Part shown: positions 44,178 to 49,022 of the stretch, piece after piece
How positions within the stretch are numbered: position 1 is the first letter of the stretch
Layout of the letters: the number at the start of each line of letters is the position of its first letter
Origin: an uncultured Syntrophomonas sp.
GTDB taxonomy: Bacteria > Bacillota > Syntrophomonadia > Syntrophomonadales > Syntrophomonadaceae
Direction of reading: 5' to 3'
Assembly: GCA_964489585.1 (NCBI GenBank)
Contig: CAZAZH010000003.1
Span: 1-49,022 of the forward strand
DNA: 49,022 nt
Notes under the pieces: model-generated
Database searches by the model: none
What the model saw: the letters and a program-made list of their open reading frames with translations, nothing else
Told to the model about the DNA's origin: nothing
Position numbers and translations under genes: made by a program

Positions 44178-44662
44178 GGACTAACCACCAGCCTTTTGTC
44201 TTCCTGAGGTTCTTCGAATACGAAATTATCCTGCTTATAGCGTTTCAAAACAAAATGGGTAGTGGTGCTTTGCACCTGGTCCAGGGTAGATAACTTGTGG
44301 GACACGAACCGGGCCACATCCTGCATGGTCTCGCCGGTTACAGTAACGGACAAATCATAGGTGCCGCTCATAAGATAAACACAGCGCACCTCGGGGAAAC
44401 GACATATGCGCTCGGCAACCCGGCTAAATCCTACTTCCCGTTCGGGAGTGACCTTAACATCAATTAAGGCAGTTACCCCGTCATTTCCCATACGCTCCCA
44501 GTTAATAATGGTGTTATAGCCGAGAATATATTTTTCATTTTCCAGTTTATCAATTAATGCAGTTATCTTTTCTTCATCTTCATCCAGCATGATGGCTATG
44601 GTTTTAGCGCTTATACGGGCATCGTTCTCAATTAGATGCAGAACCTTTTTTTCTAATTCCAT
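44174..44662 (-). CDS. Lrp/AsnC-family transcriptional regulator, AlaR (YugG)-like
   Basis: 162 aa with an N-terminal HTH (LIENDARISAKTIA) and a C-terminal RAM/AsnC domain. It is the first gene downstream of the T-box. Confidence 0.87.
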   Translation of the reverse strand: MELEKKVLHLIENDARISAKTIAIMLDEDEEKITALIDKLENEKYILGYNTIINWERMGNDGVTALIDVKVTPEREVGFSRVAERICRFPEVRCVYLMSGTYDLSVTVTGETMQDVARFVSHKLSTLDQVQSTTTHFVLKRYKQDNFVFEEPQEDKRLVVSP

Positions 44663-44684
44663 TCCTAATTACCTCCTTTTAAAA

Positions 44685-44926
44685 AATAAAAAACCCCCAT
44701 CCCTGCAGGGACGAGAGTATATGCTCCCGCGGTACCACCCTATTTGGCCAGTGCCCGGCTTAATTAGAATAACGGTTTACTCCGTCCGGCTTGATATTAA
44801 GTAAATAATACACCGGCGCTCCCAGGTGGCCTTCGCCCCCATACCGTTACCGGTTTCCAGCTACCCCGGCTCTCTTAAAACAGTAAATAAGGCTACTCTT
44901 CTGATCATCGCTTTCAATTATTAATT
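44685..44926 (-). promoter_or_regulatory. T-box riboswitch leader (probable Ala specifier GCC) with intrinsic terminator
   Basis: The minus-strand RNA carries, in order: AGCGAUGA (K-turn), AAGAGUA, AAGAGAG (AG bulge), GAAGGCCAC (specifier-loop 3' half), GGGAGCG, the F-box CCGUUA, and the T-box AAAUAGGGUGGUACCGCGGGAGC. The terminator is CUCGUCCC-UGCA-GGGAUGGGG plus U6AU6. Confidence 0.85.
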
Positions 44927-44932
44927 TACAAC

Positions 44933-44961
44933 ATCCTATCATTACCGGGGACTGCAGTCAA
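44933..44961 (-). promoter_or_regulatory. Promoter of the T-box leader
   Basis: On the minus strand: TTGACT, 17-nt spacer, TAGGAT, about 7 nt before the start of stem I. Confidence 0.5.
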
Positions 44962-44985
44962 TAGCGAGGAGTAAATTGTTACTTT

Positions 44986-45118
44986 AGAGTTTTGCATAAT
45001 TCAACGTTCTTTACATGTCACTCTGAGCGGAAGCGAAGAGTCTTAGATCCTTCGGCTTTGCCTCAGGATGACAATCGTAGATTACCAGGCAATTAAATAC
45101 TAATTATGCAAAATCCTC
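44986..45118 (+). repeat. Family-A element, full-length copy A2 (133 nt)
   Basis: AGAGTTTTGCATAATT...GTCACTCTGAGCGGAAGCGAAGAGTCTTAGATCCTTCGGCTTTGCCTCAGGATGAC...AATTATGCAAAATCCTC. Confidence 0.9.
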
Positions 45119-45225
45119 ATTTATAAAATGGTGGTAGTTATGCCCAGCAGGGGCAAAGTTTTTCTGAACTATTTTCTGTTTATAAGCATATTATTACTCT
45201 AGATTTTCCTATGGGGGTGTAATCG

Positions 45226-45447
45226 TTGTTTAATACTATGCAATTAAATGGCGAAGAATTTCAGGTAGCAAAGAGAATTGATAACTATTTTAGGTGTAGT
45301 GATATGAGTTTCCGGGAAAAGGTGTTTCAAGCTATGCTTATTACCCGCCATGAGTTGGAAGCCCATCATTTCGGCAATGAATATGAACGCCAGCGGGTAA
45401 TGCAATTCGCTCGTATACTGGACGGTCTGCTGCAGAAGACCGTGTAA
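45226..45447 (+). CDS. Hypothetical 73-aa helical protein bracketed by two family-A elements
   Basis: TTG start 6 nt after GGGGGTG (or the ATG at 45238). No recognisable motif. There is a weak Spo0E-like flavour (..ARILDGLL..) but it lacks the SQELD signature. Confidence 0.45.
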   Translation: MFNTMQLNGEEFQVAKRIDNYFRCSDMSFREKVFQAMLITRHELEAHHFGNEYERQRVMQFARILDGLLQKTV

Positions 45448-45491
45448 AAATGAAGATAATGCCGCTATCCATCTTCGCCACATAATTAAAT

Positions 45492-45632
45492 GAGGGTTTT
45501 GCATAATTCAATATTCCTTATATGTCACTCTGAGCGATAGCGAAGAGTCTTAGATCCTTCGGCTTTGCCTCAGGATGACAACCGTAAATTACCACCGCAA
45601 TTTATCAGAAACACTAATTATGCAAAATCCTC
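45492..45632 (+). repeat. Family-A element, full-length copy A3 (141 nt)
   Basis: GAGGGTTTTGCATAATT...core identical to A1...AATTATGCAAAATCCTC. Confidence 0.9.
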
Positions 45633-45676
45633 AAATATTAGAGATTGAATTTGAATTGGTTTATATACAATGCTGT

Positions 45677-46093
45677 TCACCTTCTCAGTATATTTTGATG
45701 CGACAAAAGGAATAGCATAATTCCTAAGAACACTATGCCCGCTAAACACGCCCTTATGAGTGAAAGATTTGCTATTTGCCCAGGATCTTGCGGGTTGCAG
45801 TATAGTGAGGCGACATCGCCATTGTTTTTGCCAATTTTTGTGAAAACCTGCTGGGTTACACGGTATTGCGTGTTATTATAGGTATATTCATAAGTAACAA
45901 AATAGGCTGTGCTGCTTCGTGACTCGCCTATGCTTTCGTAAACTTTGGTGTTAACTGCTATGATCTGTGCGTCAACTTTTTGGTATTCTGATATTTGATA
46001 AACAAAATATATTGTATAGACAACAAGTAGTACTAAAACAATCTTACAAATAGTTAGCACTTTTAATTTTTCTTTTTCTGTTGCTTGTCGCAA
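45677..46093 (-). CDS. DUF3592-like membrane protein
   Basis: 138 aa with an N-terminal TM helix, a beta-rich middle and a C-terminal TM helix. TTG start 7 nt after AGGAG. Confidence 0.6.
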   Translation of the reverse strand: MRQATEKEKLKVLTICKIVLVLLVVYTIYFVYQISEYQKVDAQIIAVNTKVYESIGESRSSTAYFVTYEYTYNNTQYRVTQQVFTKIGKNNGDVASLYCNPQDPGQIANLSLIRACLAGIVFLGIMLFLLSHQNILRR

Positions 46094-46223
46094 CGTATCA
46101 CTCCTACTCTATTCCGTCTTGATTTTCCCCCGATAATACCGATTGAAGAGTAATCCGGTCAGTTTCAACAACAGTATCTAACCGCCCTCATCATAAAACA
46201 TTACCTGTGACTTTTATTCCTGG

Positions 46224-46772
46224 TTATTTGGTTAAACCATTGCAGCAAAAAGAAGGTCCACTGGCTTCCCTGCGCAGTTGCTCAATCACGATCTTATCTG
46301 TAGGAAAGGCTAATGGTGGAATATTGTTGAGAGGAAAAAAACCTAAATCACATAAGTCATCACCTGGTTGAATATCGCCCTTTATAATGCGTGCCAGATA
46401 CCATACCCCTACACTATAGCAATCCGGATCATGTCTGTTAGACTGAACGGAATAGACCTGACCTACCTCAATATCAAGATTTGTTTCCTCCTTGAGTTCC
46501 CTCTTCACTCCAGTATGTATATCTTCATCATATTCCAAGTAGCCACACGGAATACACCATAATCCCTGGTAAGGCCCACTTCTTCTTTGGCCTAATAACA
46601 AACATTTTTCATGGTCTAGAATAATAGCTGCCACACCAACTATAGGGTTTTCATATAATATTGAGGCACACGCTGTACATTTCAGGCGCTGCCTCTGGTT
46701 AATCATTCTATAAGCTAGTTTGCTGCCGCAATAAGGACAATAAAAAAACCGCTGTTTACGTGGTTGGGTCAT
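46224..46772 (-). CDS. NUDIX hydrolase with N-terminal zinc ribbon
   Basis: CPYC-x13-CTAC ribbon and the Nudix box GYLEYDEDIHTGVKRELKEETNL. The ATG at 46772 follows GGAAGGGAG; the track's 46826 start is unlikely. Confidence 0.87.
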   Translation of the reverse strand: MTQPRKQRFFYCPYCGSKLAYRMINQRQRLKCTACASILYENPIVGVAAIILDHEKCLLLGQRRSGPYQGLWCIPCGYLEYDEDIHTGVKRELKEETNLDIEVGQVYSVQSNRHDPDCYSVGVWYLARIIKGDIQPGDDLCDLGFFPLNNIPPLAFPTDKIVIEQLRREASGPSFCCNGLTK

Positions 46773-46861
46773 ACTTGTTCTCCCTTCCGCTGCTACAAAA
46801 TGGTAAACTTCCAGGCGCAGTGCCAACCAGCTTTATCTCCATACTTAAAAATTGATGACCG

Positions 46862-46912
46862 AAAATAAAAACTACGGTTATAGCTGTATAGCTGTTTCAA
46901 CTATAACCGTAG
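46862..46912 (-). terminator. Terminator of the CoA-transferase operon
   Basis: CTACGGTTATAG (46872-83) pairs with CTATAACCGTAG (46901-12), a 12-bp stem, followed on the minus strand by UUUUUAUUUU. Confidence 0.8.
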
Positions 46913-46932
46913 CCCAGCCTATTTTTCAATCT

Positions 46933-47745
46933 TTATTTTAAGAAAATGCCCTCCGGATCAACTTTAGTATAAAGCAGCTCAATTTGGTGGTAGGTTGGTG
47001 GTTTTGTTTCGCCACTTACGCGGGAAACATTAAGATCGAAACCTACGTTATTTTTGACATCTTCTACCCCAAAGCCAGGATGAACAGTGTCCAGGTACAT
47101 AAGGCCCTCTTCGTCAAAACGGAAAACGGCCATGTCGGTGATCACGGCGGTGGGGCCGCCTCTATGGAATTTGCCGTATACTTCTCTTCTGTGCACCCAT
47201 TCACCGGACGGCCACTTTTTGATCCGCCAGCCAGGTGAGGTAAGATAGTCAACATTTTCCCGGAACCGGCGTTTTTCCTGATTCATGATAAACACGGTTC
47301 GGGTCGCATAGGAGTTAATATCCGAATTCCCGCCGCTGCCAGTAAATCTAATTTTGGGACTGTTATAATCCCCTATCACGGTGGTATTTAGATTACCATA
47401 TTTATCAATCTCAGCACCACCCAGGAACCCCAGATCAACATAGCCGGCCTGAAGCTGTCCAAAGAAAGCTTCATATAATCCACCCGCTTTGGCACATTGG
47501 TAACAGCAACGAGCATCACCTACCGAAGTAGGCAAATCTATGGGCCGGCCATCAATCGAGCCGCCTTCATATATACATCTGCTATTGGGAGCATGGGTGA
47601 ACTGGGCCAGGGTTATGGCTAGCATCGGCAGGCCCGTACCGGCAAATACAACATCCCCATCTTGGACTTCTCTGGCTGCAGCTACCGCCAGCAAGTCCAT
47701 AGGCTTAAATTCTCCTATTTTCGCATATTCATTACTTGATGCCAT
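46933..47745 (-). CDS. Family-I CoA-transferase subunit B (glutaconate/3-oxoacid type)
   Basis: 270 aa with ..GTGLP... and ..FTGSGGN.D.. (catalytic-Glu-region-like) patterns. Abuts subunit A with no gap. Confidence 0.86.
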   Translation of the reverse strand: MASSNEYAKIGEFKPMDLLAVAAAREVQDGDVVFAGTGLPMLAITLAQFTHAPNSRCIYEGGSIDGRPIDLPTSVGDARCCYQCAKAGGLYEAFFGQLQAGYVDLGFLGGAEIDKYGNLNTTVIGDYNSPKIRFTGSGGNSDINSYATRTVFIMNQEKRRFRENVDYLTSPGWRIKKWPSGEWVHRREVYGKFHRGGPTAVITDMAVFRFDEEGLMYLDTVHPGFGVEDVKNNVGFDLNVSRVSGETKPPTYHQIELLYTKVDPEGIFLK

Positions 47746-48723
47746 TTATCTTGTCCCCCTCTTTACGCTGGTAGAGTAGCCCATTGATTGACTGGCTCTT
47801 AACATTTCCATCCGTCTAGTACCTAGTTTATCCAGGTATTCTTCCTGGCTTTTAACACCGAATATCCACTCATCCGCCCATTTATCGAACTGTTCTTGAG
47901 TTCGGGTGTTGGCGTTAAAGAATCTTAAGAAATCAGCATCGGTGTCATAGAAATATTGGGAACCGGTTGGATGTGCTGACCACGGGCATTTTACCACATA
48001 ATCAATTTCGTAACCGGTAGCAAGGTTCTGGGTGGGCTCACGGCGCAGAAATTCATCCGGTACAATTTCTTCACAAATTACGATGACTGTTTCCGCAGCT
48101 TTAATAACATCTGAATCATTGTAGGTCTGGGCCAGTACCCGAACAGTTCCTTCGGTACCAACCATAGGAGCATAAACAAGGGCAACTTTAGGATTAATAG
48201 CCGGCATTAACAGCAATTCGCCCATATCATAAAATGGGTCTTTAACAATCCTATATTTCTCACGGGCTACATAGGGATTGGAGCCGTCACGTTGCCCTGC
48301 CCGGGCAAAGCCATCATAGGCGGGGTTAAGTATATCTGTTCCCATTGCCAGGGTGGTGGGGAAAAACGGTACTCCAACTGCGCCTGCTTGTATACGAGCC
48401 ACGGCATGACCATGGCTATAGTCGTCCACAATGACTTCTCCTCCGCATTGTTTGCGGGACAAATTTACACCTGTCTTACCTAGAATTTCCTGGCCTATCC
48501 AGGCACCTTCCCACATTTTTACACATCCTGCTCCAATCAGGACTTCGCTGTGAAACCCGCCTTGTACTTCAAATAGGTGCAGATCTTTTTTGCCCTGCCG
48601 AACCATTTCATAACATAATGCTACTGGACGGCGCCAGATCGTAAAACCGCTAAAAGCTATACAATCACCGTCTTGAATAAGGCCAGCAGCTTCTTGTAAA
48701 GTAATTTGGTTAATCTTACCCAA
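47746..48723 (-). CDS. Family-I CoA-transferase subunit A (glutaconate CoA-transferase GctA-like)
   Basis: 325 aa with ..I.DGD.IAFSGF...RP.AL..E..R...KDL.L.. N-terminal pattern. Paired with subunit B. Confidence 0.86.
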   Translation of the reverse strand: MGKINQITLQEAAGLIQDGDCIAFSGFTIWRRPVALCYEMVRQGKKDLHLFEVQGGFHSEVLIGAGCVKMWEGAWIGQEILGKTGVNLSRKQCGGEVIVDDYSHGHAVARIQAGAVGVPFFPTTLAMGTDILNPAYDGFARAGQRDGSNPYVAREKYRIVKDPFYDMGELLLMPAINPKVALVYAPMVGTEGTVRVLAQTYNDSDVIKAAETVIVICEEIVPDEFLRREPTQNLATGYEIDYVVKCPWSAHPTGSQYFYDTDADFLRFFNANTRTQEQFDKWADEWIFGVKSQEEYLDKLGTRRMEMLRASQSMGYSTSVKRGTR

Positions 48724-48792
48724 TATACATCCTCCTTCTTTTTTATAACCGCTTTTAACTCATCCTTCATATCTGCTGTTTAAATTAATTAG

Positions 48793-49022
48793 TTATAGCA
48801 TATAAGTAATAACCTCGGGCGTAACGCTCAAATACTCCGGACCGTTTTCTGTCATTACGAAGCTGTTTTCAGTACCAATGGCACCTTCAGGAAATACAAA
48901 TTTAGGTTCAAGGGCAAAAGTCATCCCGGGTATAATAGGGGTTTTGATTCCTTTGGCGAGTATGGGCAACTCATCTAGTTCCAGGCCTATACCATGACCT
49001 ACAAATTTAACCTTGTCTTCCC
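48793..49022 (-). CDS. M24-family metallopeptidase (Xaa-Pro dipeptidase-like), C-terminal 76 codons; the 5' end lies right of the window
   Basis: The minus frame reads EDKVKFVGHGIGLELDELPILAKGIKTPIIPGMTFALEPKFVFPEGAIGTENSFVMTENGPEYLSVTPEVITYML*, with HGIGLE and GMTFALEP..E metal-ligand motifs. It is absent from the track because there is no start codon in the window. Confidence 0.75.
   Translation of the reverse strand, partial: EDKVKFVGHGIGLELDELPILAKGIKTPIIPGMTFALEPKFVFPEGAIGTENSFVMTENGPEYLSVTPEVITYML

Noticed and set aside
44822-44835. A glycine (GGC) specifier for the T-box, by direct analogy with glyQS (GAA-GGC).
   Set aside because: The codon would be followed by C instead of the conserved purine. 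The T-box bulge UGGU predicts an A73 discriminator, whereas bacterial tRNA-Gly has U73. The downstream genes are alaR/alaT-like. I keep Gly only as a minority alternative.
14643-45632. Whether the recurring family-A/B repeats could be a CRISPR array.
   Set aside because: The copies are kilobases apart and the units are 28 or about 140 nt long. They occur in both orientations and there is no regular repeat-spacer periodicity. There is no leader and there are no cas genes.

Overview
This is a 49-kb chromosomal segment that looks like a moderately low-GC, spore-forming anaerobic Firmicute (Clostridia/Peptococcaceae-like). The gene content points that way: an SLH surface protein, AddAB, YyaC, indolepyruvate:ferredoxin oxidoreductase and a DnaD-domain loader. 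I count about 48 credible CDS, most on the minus strand, and most are housekeeping. They include an EF-G paralog, SurE, LepB, AddAB, an ABC exporter, a ZIP transporter, a DinG-like helicase, aminotransferases, IorAB, HisC, SpeE, a DnaB-type helicase, a beta-CASP MBL nuclease, a NUDIX hydrolase and CoA-transferase subunits. Both window edges cut genes: a surface protein on the left and an M24 peptidase on the right. I see no rRNA, tRNA, CRISPR array, intact transposase or integrase. I also see no convincing multi-gene defence system. The unusual content is non-coding or sits below the 60-aa ORF cutoff. (1) A complete T-box leader lies upstream of an Lrp/AsnC regulator plus class-I aminotransferase operon (alaR-alaT-like), with a probable Ala specifier. 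(2) Two families of structured intergenic repeats are present. Family A is a 133-141-nt element with 15-17-nt terminal inverted repeats and a conserved long hairpin core; there are 4 long copies and 2 core-only copies. Family B is a 28-nt GAGTCA..GGGGACGGTTCT..TGACTC hairpin with 5 copies. One family-B pair is inverted around a 39-codon HTH gene fragment, an arrangement like REP elements around a decayed REP-associated transposase gene. (3) A 2-kb AT-rich islet carries a divergent CI/Cro-like XRE pair, GTTAAC-core operator repeats, a decayed tandem copy of the XRE gene, two unannotated small membrane ORFs and a 560-bp non-coding stretch. (4) Candidate structured leaders precede iorAB and speE. 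My best candidates for something undescribed are the family-A/B repeat system and the XRE islet. All of these calls come from reading the sequence only and need database and covariation checks.
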